DNA from: an uncultured Pseudomonadota bacterium | Lineage (GTDB): Bacteria; Bdellovibrionota_B; Oligoflexia; Oligoflexales; CAIMVM01 | Length of the DNA: 64,000 nucleotides | NCBI GenBank assembly: GCA_903844895.1 | Contig: CAIMVM010000044.1 | Location: 347-64,346 of the forward strand | Reading direction: 5' to 3' | Shown: positions 1 through 8,936 of the stretch, piece by piece | How the letters are laid out: every line of letters begins with the position of its first letter | How positions within the stretch are numbered: position 1 is the first letter of the stretch | Translations under genes and position numbers: made by a program | Notes under the pieces: model-generated | Databases searched by the model: none | What the model was told of the DNA's origin: nothing | What the model saw: only the letters and a program-made list of their open reading frames with translations

Positions 1-28
1 GCCCCATCGGTGATGCATGGAGATTTTA

Positions 29-66
29 AGAAAAAAACGTCTTCAGATTTTTGTTTCTGAAGACGT
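29..66 (-). terminator. Rho-independent terminator downstream of ftsZ
   Basis: Perfect 11-bp stem ACGTCTTCAGA (37-47)/TCTGAAGACGT (56-66) with an 8-nt loop. The A-run at 31-36 gives a U-tract on the minus strand, about 40 nt past the ftsZ stop. Confidence 0.8.
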
Positions 67-107
67 AATATGGAATCAAAAAGGCACCGCAACTAAATTA
101 GAAAAAC

Positions 108-1694
108 TTAGATACTCAAGTTCTTAATTTCGTTTCTTAAGAAAGTGGGGATATCTAAATTGTCGATGGACTCGCGGTTTTGCATGGAAATGCTGTCGGC
201 GAGGTTTAAGGCGTCATCAATCGAACGATTGATTTCATCAGCAAAGTCTACGTCCGCTTGGGAGGTTGGGCTTACTGCCGAGGTGTACCCTGGGGTATGG
301 ACTTCCATCTTTGCGGCTTCTGGATTCCTAAAGAAGGAGGCGGCATCAGACTTTGGCTCAAAGGCAGCGGGCGCAGAATGAGCGTCAGGTCTCATTTCCA
401 TAACAAACTCTTGCTTAGGCGTGGCGCTATTTTCCATAGGTTGTGGAGAAAAATCACTAGGACCTTTAACAGCCTGGCTTTGAGCGATGTTGGTAAGAGT
501 CATTTGGGCAAGTGACTCCGTGGTAAAGCGATCTGTAGAGGCTTGAGAAGCAGCCTCTTCACGGGTTATCTGCTGCTGGGCCTGGCGCGCTCTCGTGTTT
601 TGGATGGCAGAAGAAGACGCTCCCACTCTGGGATAGCGGCGGCTGTCTATGATGGGACGACTACGTCCCATGATTCCGTCCTTGGCGGAGGCGAGCACAG
701 TGCGCTGGCTGTTGAAAATGTCTTCGTCAATGTAGTTGTCGTTAGGAAACCCAGTGGCGATGACAGTAACGCGGATGGCATCTGTTAAAGATTCATCAAT
801 GACGGCACCAAAAATGATGTTTGCATCTTCATGGGCGGCTTCTTGAATGACCGAACATGCTTCATTGATTTCCATAATGCCAACGTCTGGACCAGCAGTA
901 ATATTGATCAAGATGCCCGTAGCGCCTTCGATATCAATATCCTCCAGAAGTGGAGAGGAAATTGCTTGAGTTGCAGCTTCAACGGCACGGTTTTCACCAG
1001 TCGCCTGTCCAATGCCCATAAGAGCTTGGCCCATAGAGCTCATGACAGACTTGACGTCCGCAAAGTCAACATTGATAGTTCCCGGAATATTAATAATGTC
1101 AGAAATGCCGCGTACGGCATTGACGAGAACATCGTCAGCCAAACGGAAAGCTTCCAGCATCGTCATTTGGGGAGTGGCGATTTGTAAAAGTCTTTGATTG
1201 GGAATAACAATCAAGGTGTCGACATTTTCTCTAAGACGCGCAATGCCAATTTCACCATGCTTTTGACGGCGTCGACCCTCAAAGGTAAAAGGCTTAGTTA
1301 CCACGCCCACGGTAAGGGCGCCCAGTTCTTTAGCGATTTGAGCAATGACAGCGGCACCGCCAGTACCTGTACCGCCACCCATACCAGCGGTGATAAACAC
1401 CATGTCTGCATCGGCCAAAGCCTCTTGAATTTCATGTCGATCCTCTAGAGCCGCATCTCGACCTATGTCCGGATCTGCACCTGCCCCAAGGCCCCTAGTG
1501 AGCTCTTTACCAATCTGAATTTTCTTGTCAGAGAGGGAGGCTTTTAGAGATTGAACATCTGTGTTTGCCACAGCAAACTCGACGCCTTCTACACCGGATC
1601 GAATCATCGTGTTGATAGCGTTTGAGCCACCACCGCCGACACCGATCACCTTAATTTTCGCACCAGGAGGAAGTAAATCGCGATTAAATTGCAT
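108..1694 (-). CDS. ftsZ: Cell division GTPase FtsZ with a long C-terminal linker
   Basis: Motifs IKVIGVGGGGSNA, GMGGGTGTG, T7 loop INVDFADV and C-terminal peptide LDIPTFLR. Start placed at ATG 1694 (GGAG 6 nt upstream); the ORF track starts at 1715. Confidence 0.98.
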   Translation of the reverse strand: MQFNRDLLPPGAKIKVIGVGGGGSNAINTMIRSGVEGVEFAVANTDVQSLKASLSDKKIQIGKELTRGLGAGADPDIGRDAALEDRHEIQEALADADMVFITAGMGGGTGTGGAAVIAQIAKELGALTVGVVTKPFTFEGRRRQKHGEIGIARLRENVDTLIVIPNQRLLQIATPQMTMLEAFRLADDVLVNAVRGISDIINIPGTINVDFADVKSVMSSMGQALMGIGQATGENRAVEAATQAISSPLLEDIDIEGATGILINITAGPDVGIMEINEACSVIQEAAHEDANIIFGAVIDESLTDAIRVTVIATGFPNDNYIDEDIFNSQRTVLASAKDGIMGRSRPIIDSRRYPRVGASSSAIQNTRARQAQQQITREEAASQASTDRFTTESLAQMTLTNIAQSQAVKGPSDFSPQPMENSATPKQEFVMEMRPDAHSAPAAFEPKSDAASFFRNPEAAKMEVHTPGYTSAVSPTSQADVDFADEINRSIDDALNLADSISMQNRESIDNLDIPTFLRNEIKNLSI

Positions 1695-1735
1695 TGCTGT
1701 CTCCACTTTGGACATGCTTTTGTTGTTCTATAAAA

Positions 1736-1790
1736 ATTATACGTTTGGATGTTTTCATGTGTCAAACTTATGACAAGTCAAAAGTTTGAC
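1736..1790 (-). promoter_or_regulatory. Sigma70-type internal ftsZ promoter with an overlapping palindrome
   Basis: Minus strand TTGACA (1765-1760), 18-nt spacer, TATAAT (1741-1736). The 30-bp imperfect palindrome GTCAAACTT-A-TGAC-AA-GTCA-A-AAGTTTGAC at 1761-1790 overlaps the -35 box. Confidence 0.75.
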
Positions 1791-1833
1791 TTGGGCAGAA
1801 AATCAAAGCAATAACGTAGCGAAATATTGGACC

Positions 1834-3075
1834 TTAAGTGAGTTCTTTGATCCAATTTACAATCGCTTTTAGATACTTGCGCGATTGAAATAGACCAGGT
1901 CTTTTTAGGCTCTGAATCTCTTGGGCTACAGCTAGATAGAGAATGCCACAAGCCGTAGCATAGGGAGAAGCCATTCTAACCCGTTCTTCAGGGCGACTGG
2001 CTTGATCCGCAGAGTCAAGAACCTTAAGAGCAGAAGCTGGAATTTCTGCTTCTGCAGTCTTTACAGCGCTTTGAAAGAAAGCCCGGGCAAAAGAGACGAT
2101 GCCCACCATGGCGCACCCTCCGCCGGTAAAAATAACCCCAGATTTAGCAAGTGAGTAAAATACGCCTGTATCTTGCTTAATGAGCTCAAACAGTTCTTTA
2201 GTACGGGCAGCTAAAATCTTTTGTGCACGGGCACTGGGAAGGGGCATCATATTCCCGTCAAGGTCAGGAATATTTTGATCAACATCTTTTCCACTGAGTC
2301 CCACTAGGCACTTTATAGATTCAGCGGTCGTTTCTGATACCCTTAATCCCTGCGCTAAATCAGCGGTTAAAAGCTTACCCCCAATATTAATGGTAAATAG
2401 CTTAACAGGCTTGCCGTGGCGAAAGATAATGCCGTCAGTGGTTCCACCGCCAATATCAGCGATGAGCACACCGTTTTCACGGTAAATCACCGGCACAGTT
2501 ACGATAGCTGAAGCGTAGGGCTCGGCATAAAGTCCTGCAACTTGCAGACCTGAGTTGTTGCAAAGTTTGATCACATCTTTTACGTAGTTTCGATCCGCTT
2601 CAATGATAAAGGTTTCGGCGGAAAGCGTATCTCCGGCAAAGCCATCAGGGTTTTCAACGGTTTCACGGGAATCAATTTGAAAAGACAAAGGAATATTGTG
2701 AAGGACTTCTCCGGATTGAGGCCCGCGATTTGCCACACATAGGCCGATGACTTGAGAACGGAATTCCTCATTTACTCGGTGTCCCCCTAGGTCAATCTTG
2801 GCGCGACCAATAGTACTTTTTAGGTGAGAGCCCGCAATTCCTGTGTAGACGGATCTCACGTCCACCCCAAATTCTTCTTCTGCCCGATCCACAAGTCCTT
2901 GTAGGGCCTCGGTAGCTGCAAAAATATCTGACACCATGCCGCGCTTCATGCCACAGCTCGGAACGGAAAGTCGACGGATGACCGGGGTCGTCTTATTGCT
3001 ATCAAGCGCTAGCCACAGCAGACAAAACTTAGTCGTGCCAAGGTCGAGAGCAAAAATGTTATTTGAGTGAACCAT
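1834..3075 (-). CDS. ftsA: Cell division protein FtsA
   Basis: Actin-fold motifs ALDLGTTK, ADIGGGTTD and IFTGGG; C-terminal amphipathic helix KAIVNWIKEL; directly upstream of ftsZ. Confidence 0.95.
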   Translation of the reverse strand: MVHSNNIFALDLGTTKFCLLWLALDSNKTTPVIRRLSVPSCGMKRGMVSDIFAATEALQGLVDRAEEEFGVDVRSVYTGIAGSHLKSTIGRAKIDLGGHRVNEEFRSQVIGLCVANRGPQSGEVLHNIPLSFQIDSRETVENPDGFAGDTLSAETFIIEADRNYVKDVIKLCNNSGLQVAGLYAEPYASAIVTVPVIYRENGVLIADIGGGTTDGIIFRHGKPVKLFTINIGGKLLTADLAQGLRVSETTAESIKCLVGLSGKDVDQNIPDLDGNMMPLPSARAQKILAARTKELFELIKQDTGVFYSLAKSGVIFTGGGCAMVGIVSFARAFFQSAVKTAEAEIPASALKVLDSADQASRPEERVRMASPYATACGILYLAVAQEIQSLKRPGLFQSRKYLKAIVNWIKELT

Positions 3076-3080
3076 CAGAC

Positions 3081-3929
3081 TCAGACCTTTCTTTTTGCAA
3101 ATATTTTTCCATTAAAATCCAACTCAATATGCCTATAGCCGCTCATTTTACCATCTTCTATGAGCTTAAGAAGCGGTTTCAACTTGTCTTTAAATGGCGC
3201 CATGCCGATGACAACCTTTGTTTCCTCGTTGATCTCGAAGGAAAGTCCTCGATACCCATCCCAGGTTATGGTCTTGACCGGTACATTTACTTCATGAAGG
3301 GTAGTAAGCAAAAGAGCTGTTTCCAATAGGCCTTGACGCTCCGTTTCTGAAATCAAAACCTCAGAACCCACTCTTTTTTCTAAATTAGAACGACTTTCGA
3401 CAGCACCAGATAAGGCAGGAAGGGCACTATTTAGGACCGCGGATTCACTGTCTACAAAGACCAGTCCCTCCTTGGTGGCAAAGCCATCCTGAATTTCTGG
3501 AAGGCGAACCATGGCCTTATGGGCTTCAATTTTTGCTAACACTCCCATCTTAGACGTCCTAAGCAGCTGGACCGATTTTAATGGAAATGTGCGGGCCAAA
3601 TTCTCTCCAGCTTCATGAAGTTCATATCGCGAGCCAGATAGAATGTGTTTGGCTAGCATGGACTTGACCAAAACCTCTCGTTCAGGACTGATGTCCTTGG
3701 TATCAACTTGAAATTCCATAGGTGCCTCTGGTTTGCTAAACTCAAAGAGCCCATTATGTAAAACAGGGGCTATAAAACCTTTTATAGAAATCAGTAAGAA
3801 CCAAGATCCTAAAATTCCCCCAATGCCCATATAAAGCCAATACATTTTGCGAGTCTTAACCTCTGACCCACGCCGAATTGGTTTTTGCCCCTTAAGAACG
3901 GAGCTTCCTTGTTTTCGCTTAAAAATCAA
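3081..3929 (-). CDS. ftsQ: FtsQ/DivIB-like bitopic cell division protein (divergent)
   Basis: Basic cytoplasmic N-terminus, one TM helix, and C-terminal YRHIELDF resembling the FtsQ YIDLR strand. Occupies the ftsQ position between murC and ftsA. Confidence 0.7.
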   Translation of the reverse strand: MIFKRKQGSSVLKGQKPIRRGSEVKTRKMYWLYMGIGGILGSWFLLISIKGFIAPVLHNGLFEFSKPEAPMEFQVDTKDISPEREVLVKSMLAKHILSGSRYELHEAGENLARTFPLKSVQLLRTSKMGVLAKIEAHKAMVRLPEIQDGFATKEGLVFVDSESAVLNSALPALSGAVESRSNLEKRVGSEVLISETERQGLLETALLLTTLHEVNVPVKTITWDGYRGLSFEINEETKVVIGMAPFKDKLKPLLKLIEDGKMSGYRHIELDFNGKIFAKRKV

Positions 3930-5284
3930 ACAAGTGACCTCAAAAAAGGTTCCATGAGCTTAGTGACATCTCCTGCACATAGAAAAAGAATAACATCTTT
4001 TTTGTCACTTTGGCGAGTGGCCTCAAGAATTAACTGCTCTGAGGTGGAAACAGGGAGAGCTTTCACGCGAGACTCTTTTGCAATGTCAGCGGCTAGTCTC
4101 GTCTCAGTCAGCCCTTCCATGGGCATTTCACCAGAGGAGTAGACAGGTGCCACCAGGACGAGATCCACACTTGAAAAAGCTCGGACAAATCCTTGAAGTA
4201 AAGAATAAACCCTTGTGTATCGATGAGGTTCAAAAACCACAATTTTTCGGTGCTGGGGGAAATAGTCTTTTAATACAGAACAGGCAGCTTCAATTTTTCC
4301 CGGATTATGAGCATAGTCGCTAAAAACCGTCACCTGGGACGAACTCAAGACAAGTTCAAACCGACGATGCACTCCTTTAAAGGTTCCGAGTGCCGCGACA
4401 GCATGCTCCATCGGGGCCTTAAGAACATGGGCGACGGTCAGAGCCGCGAGCGCGTTTTGGATGTTGTGACGCCCAGGGAGCGGAATTTCGACCTTCAAGC
4501 GCTCTTTTTGAATCATAACATCAAACTGGGAACCCGTTCCAAAAGGCCGGCAATTCAACGCTCTAATGTGACAGCCCAATTGAAAGCCAAAGCCTAAAAA
4601 ATCGTGGTCTAAGTTTTGGGAAATATCTCGCACAAAAGGAGAATCCCAACCCAAAATGCATGGGTAATCCGGCGAGGATCCTTTGACAAAAGAAAGAAAT
4701 CCTTCTTTGAGAAGTTCCTCCGTTTTCCAATAGTTCATATGATCAGGTTCAATATTAGTAACCAGAGAAATCGTGGGATGATACTTCAGGAAAGTCCCAT
4801 CGGACTCGTCGGCCTCCGCTACACAAACGCCACTTCCAAATAAGAGCGAAGACCCAAATTCAATCATTTTGCCACCAACAATGGCGAGGGGATCGAGGCC
4901 AATTTTAGAAAGCATATGAGCAATCATGCCGGTTGTAGACGTTTTGCCATGGGTTCCTGCCACCGCAATGGATTTTCGCGGATTCAAAATGTAGGCAAGT
5001 AGATCAGAACGATGAAAAACTTGAATTCCGCGGCTTTGAGCGAGTTGCACTTGCGGGTGATCCGGAGCAATGGCACTGGAAATCACGATCCCATCCGGCG
5101 AACCAAAGTCAAAGTCGGGGGCATTAGAAATCGGTATGCCAAGATGAACAAGGGCCTGCCCATAGTCTGAAATGTCGCGGTCATAACCAGTAACTTTGGT
5201 GCCGAAGTGAAACATGGCCTCCGCCAAAGGGGACATGCCCGAACCAGAAATACCAACAAAATGTAACGAACTAAAATTCTTCAT
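3926..5284 (-). CDS. murC: UDP-N-acetylmuramate--L-alanine ligase
   Basis: LHFVGISGSGMS, AVAGTHGKTSTT, EADESDGTF, DYAHNP, FEPHRYTR. Confidence 0.97.
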   Translation of the reverse strand: MKNFSSLHFVGISGSGMSPLAEAMFHFGTKVTGYDRDISDYGQALVHLGIPISNAPDFDFGSPDGIVISSAIAPDHPQVQLAQSRGIQVFHRSDLLAYILNPRKSIAVAGTHGKTSTTGMIAHMLSKIGLDPLAIVGGKMIEFGSSLLFGSGVCVAEADESDGTFLKYHPTISLVTNIEPDHMNYWKTEELLKEGFLSFVKGSSPDYPCILGWDSPFVRDISQNLDHDFLGFGFQLGCHIRALNCRPFGTGSQFDVMIQKERLKVEIPLPGRHNIQNALAALTVAHVLKAPMEHAVAALGTFKGVHRRFELVLSSSQVTVFSDYAHNPGKIEAACSVLKDYFPQHRKIVVFEPHRYTRVYSLLQGFVRAFSSVDLVLVAPVYSSGEMPMEGLTETRLAADIAKESRVKALPVSTSEQLILEATRQSDKKDVILFLCAGDVTKLMEPFLRSLV

Positions 5285-6393
5285 GTCTGCCTAGAGGCGT
5301 CTCGATTGATGGCTACTAAAATGCCAGTTGCCACAAGAAATGTAAACAAAGAGCTGGATCCATTGCTAACAAAGGGCAAAGGAATGCCTTTGGTGGGAAG
5401 AAGCCCCATTACGACAAAAATATTAAATATCGATTGAAAGGCAATGAGCAAACTAAGGCCACAGGCTGTGTGCTTAAAAAATGCATTCGATTGATTCTTT
5501 GCTACTTTAAAGCCAAGCCAAGACAAATAGCAAAATAGACTAATAACGAGCAGTACTCCAAAAACACCTAATTCCTCACCGATCACGGAGAGAATAAAAT
5601 CCGTGTGGGCTTCTGGCAGGAAAAAAAGCTTTTGTTTGGACTCTCCTAAACCGGTTCCTAAAAGTCCGCCATTTTGAAAGGCTAAATAGCTTTGGATAAT
5701 CTGAAATCCACCGTGTTTAATCTGGGACCAGGGATCCATGAATGCTAGAACGCGTTTCATTCTATAGGGCGCAGAGGCCACAGCAAGAGCGCCGAGACAT
5801 AATGTCCCGACCAAAGAGCTGGCAATTAAGATCTTCGGAAGCCCTGCAATGATCAACATGACAAACATAATGCTGACAATAAGCACCGTGGAGCCAAAGT
5901 CAGGTTGAAGCATAAGAAAGCCAGCAAAAAGACCCACAACGAGAATATTTGGTATCACGCTTGATTTGATATCATCCAAACGTGAAGAGGCACGCGTCAG
6001 ACTTTTAGCGAGGAAAAGCACAACCGCAAGTTTGGCCAATTCAGCAGGCTGGATTCTGAAAAATGGGAGATTGAGCCATCTCGAGGCTCCACCAACTTTA
6101 TTATAAGCGCCGGGCACTAATATCATGGCGAGTAAAGCAAGCCCGATAAAAGCGACGGGAAGGGGGGCCTTTTCAAGGAATTTAGGATTTATCTTAGTAA
6201 AAAAAAAGATCGCTAGAAAACCACCTATAGCTACAAGACCTTGCTTTCTCACAAATAGAAAAGGGTCATCGCTCGACTGCAGGCCCTTCATGGCACTGGC
6301 CGCATAAATGGCAACAAGCCCAATTGCTACTAAAAGAAAAGACCCCAGCAGAAGGCCGGACTCAATTTTAGCACAATACTCTCTTCTTTCCAT
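5281..6393 (-). CDS. ftsW: SEDS peptidoglycan polymerase FtsW
   Basis: Multi-TM protein with GASRW, IQPAELAK, LQPDFGS, LPEAHTDFI and GIPLPFVSNG. Confidence 0.96.
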   Translation of the reverse strand: MERREYCAKIESGLLLGSFLLVAIGLVAIYAASAMKGLQSSDDPFLFVRKQGLVAIGGFLAIFFFTKINPKFLEKAPLPVAFIGLALLAMILVPGAYNKVGGASRWLNLPFFRIQPAELAKLAVVLFLAKSLTRASSRLDDIKSSVIPNILVVGLFAGFLMLQPDFGSTVLIVSIMFVMLIIAGLPKILIASSLVGTLCLGALAVASAPYRMKRVLAFMDPWSQIKHGGFQIIQSYLAFQNGGLLGTGLGESKQKLFFLPEAHTDFILSVIGEELGVFGVLLVISLFCYLSWLGFKVAKNQSNAFFKHTACGLSLLIAFQSIFNIFVVMGLLPTKGIPLPFVSNGSSSLFTFLVATGILVAINRDASRQT

Positions 6394-6434
6394 GGCGTAC
6401 CTTTGTTGCGGCTTCGAGACAGGGGAGCTGTTGT

Positions 6435-7718
6435 CTAGCCTGAAATGGGAATAAAACCAGGCAACCTTTGCATTATTATTTTAAACCGTTGTCCTCGCTC
6501 TTCAAAGTTTTTGAACTGATCAAATGAAGCGCATGCTGGAGACAAAAGAAGAACATCTTCAGTTAGGGGATGACGAGCTAAAAAATCAGGAAGATCTTCC
6601 ATATGCGAGACTTCAAAGATAGGAATCTGTGAGAGCTCTTTTTTCACCTGCCCAGAAGCCTCACCAAAAGTAACGATCCGGGAAATCTTATGTATGTGAT
6701 CAAGGATGGGGGTCATGGACTCTTTTTTGGGTCTCCCCCCGATCAAAAGCAAAATGTTGCCCGAATATGCAGTAAGGGCTGTGAGTGTCGAGTCCACATT
6801 AGTTGACTTAGAGTCATTAATGACACTTGTATGCCCTACGCTACCAACTCGCTCGCAGCGGTGTGCAAGGCCCACAAACGAGCTGAGATAGGGCAGCATA
6901 TCCTCGGGCTTTTGATTCAATAGAGCAGCCACGGCAAGGATCGCCTGAGCAGCGTTCTTGATATTATGGGGCTCCTTGAGATGAAAAAACGAGCGGATTT
7001 TGTCATAAAAAGAGGCTTCAAGTTGATCAGACACGGAGGTGTTTTTAGGGTACAAACAGCCCTGAGATTTCATACGTTGAAGTACGTGAGATTCGGTAAT
7101 GAAATGCCCATCCGGAAGGGTTTGGTCGACAAGGCGCATTTTGGCTCTAAAGTACTCTTCGAGGGTTCCGTGCATGTCTAAATGGTCCGGAGAAAAGTTG
7201 CAAAAGACAGTGACTGAAGGTGCAATAAGAAAAGAGCCTTGCGCCTGATAGGAGGAAATCTCCAGCACCAAGTAATCAGGTAGGCCAGAAAGGGCGAGCT
7301 CGGAAAGCGCTGTTCCGATATTCCCACCAAATGCAACTTGCTTTCCAAGTTGACGAAGTAGGTGATAGACGAGAGAAGATGTCGTGGACTTGCCATTGGT
7401 TCCCGTAACAGCAACGACCTTTCCTTGATAACCTAGGAGGGCAAGATCCAATTCAGACAGAATCGGGATACGCCTTTCACGTGCTTGATTAAGAACCCAG
7501 TGATCCAGGGGGAGCCCGGGGCTTGCGACAACCCCTTCATAAGAGAAGGGGGTCAGTTCTTTACTAAACAATTCTTTACTAAACAGGGGCACATCTGACA
7601 AGTCTTCTGGCATCGACGACTTTAGGTCATCAAAGGCATGTACTTCATGCCCCCTAGATTTTAAGAGGCGCACCGCCGAGGTTCCCGATTTTCCCATGCC
7701 CACCACCAGATACGTCAC
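6435..7718 (-). CDS. murD: UDP-N-acetylmuramoyl-L-alanine--D-glutamate ligase
   Basis: GMGKSG, AVTGTNGKSTT, LEISSYQ, NDSKSTN, LLSPACASFDQF. Confidence 0.97.
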   Translation of the reverse strand: MTYLVVGMGKSGTSAVRLLKSRGHEVHAFDDLKSSMPEDLSDVPLFSKELFSKELTPFSYEGVVASPGLPLDHWVLNQARERRIPILSELDLALLGYQGKVVAVTGTNGKSTTSSLVYHLLRQLGKQVAFGGNIGTALSELALSGLPDYLVLEISSYQAQGSFLIAPSVTVFCNFSPDHLDMHGTLEEYFRAKMRLVDQTLPDGHFITESHVLQRMKSQGCLYPKNTSVSDQLEASFYDKIRSFFHLKEPHNIKNAAQAILAVAALLNQKPEDMLPYLSSFVGLAHRCERVGSVGHTSVINDSKSTNVDSTLTALTAYSGNILLLIGGRPKKESMTPILDHIHKISRIVTFGEASGQVKKELSQIPIFEVSHMEDLPDFLARHPLTEDVLLLSPACASFDQFKNFEERGQRFKIIMQRLPGFIPISG

Positions 7719-7804
7719 ACGAACCCCCGACTTAGCTACATCCGATTGCGGACTTTTCCACAGGCTACTTTTTTAAAAACAGAAACCCGAAGCTCTACAC
7801 CTAC

Positions 7805-8878
7805 TCAACGAAGTTTCAAGTTAATCAGGGCGATCATTCCAAGAACGATTGAGATAATCCAAAACCTCACAATAACTTTGGGTTCTGGCCAGCCCTTAAG
7901 TTCAAAATGATGATGAATGGGGGCCATTTTAAAAATACGTTTTCCAGTAAGCTTAAAAGAGAAAACCTGGGTGATCACAGAAACAGCCTCCAAAACAAAG
8001 ATTCCTCCAACGACAACTAACAGAAGTTCGTGGCGGGTAAAAACAGCTAGAGCTCCCAGGGCCCCGCCAAGGGGCAGACTTCCAACGTCTCCCATAAAAA
8101 CCTGTGCAGGATACGTGTTGTACCAAAGAAATCCAAGACCCGCCCCCAAGAGCGAGCAAGCAAAGATTGACAATTCCCCTGCTCCGACGACGCGGTGGTA
8201 TTTTAGGTACTCTGAAATGGTGGCATGGCCCGCTACATAGGCCAACACAGCAAAAACCGCAGCATTGATCATGACTGGGCCTATGGCAAGTCCGTCGAGT
8301 CCATCAGTTAAATTCACGGCGTTGGAAGCGCCGACGATGACAAGTGTGGAAAATAGAATATACCAAGGACCCAGGTCAAAGCCATTGCCCTTAAAGAATG
8401 GAATATTCACGACACCATTATGGTTCATTTCGTAGTGGAAGTAGCAAACGAGAAAACCGACGGCAAATTGCCAAAAGAGTTTCTGCTTCCCACTAACACC
8501 CTTGGTATTTTTCTTAGAAATCTTTAAATAGTCATCCATAAATCCGATGACACCATAAGACGCGGTAATTGTTAAAATCAGCCACAGAAAAGTGTTCGAC
8601 CAATCCATCCACATTAAGCTGGGTAAAATCGTCGCAAACAGGATGAGTCCGCCGCCCATGGTGGGCGTCCCTTTTTTAGAAAAATGGGACTGAGGTCCGT
8701 CGGTTCGAATGACTTGCCCATATTGACGAACCTTCATTTTGCGAATAAACCACGGCGAAAATATAAAACTGATAGCGAGAGCCGTCAAAAGGGCAAGCAT
8801 GGATCGAAATGTGAGGTACTTGACAACATTGAACCCGGAGATGGAATCAGAATAACTGATGAGAAGTTGATATAACAA
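7805..8878 (-). CDS. mraY: Phospho-N-acetylmuramoyl-pentapeptide transferase
   Basis: KKGTPTMGG, DDYLK, NAVNLTDGLDGL, FMGDVGS, MAPIHHHFE. Confidence 0.99.
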   Translation of the reverse strand: MLYQLLISYSDSISGFNVVKYLTFRSMLALLTALAISFIFSPWFIRKMKVRQYGQVIRTDGPQSHFSKKGTPTMGGGLILFATILPSLMWMDWSNTFLWLILTITASYGVIGFMDDYLKISKKNTKGVSGKQKLFWQFAVGFLVCYFHYEMNHNGVVNIPFFKGNGFDLGPWYILFSTLVIVGASNAVNLTDGLDGLAIGPVMINAAVFAVLAYVAGHATISEYLKYHRVVGAGELSIFACSLLGAGLGFLWYNTYPAQVFMGDVGSLPLGGALGALAVFTRHELLLVVVGGIFVLEAVSVITQVFSFKLTGKRIFKMAPIHHHFELKGWPEPKVIVRFWIISIVLGMIALINLKLR

Positions 8879-8936
8879 AAAGCCCCCTGACGATTAAAAC
8901 TTGTTTCTATATTTTATCACAAGGATAGAAATTAAT

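Noticed and set aside
145-1773. Short plus-strand ORFs antisense to ftsZ, and similar shadow ORFs throughout the window
   Set aside because: They lie opposite or inside well-supported genes and have no recognisable motifs or RBS.
7754-7762. DnaA-box-like TTTTCCACA between mraY and murD
   Set aside because: Single mismatched box with no cluster or unwinding element.
8702-8710. GGTTCGAAT resembling a tRNA T-loop
   Set aside because: Inside mraY with no cloverleaf around it.
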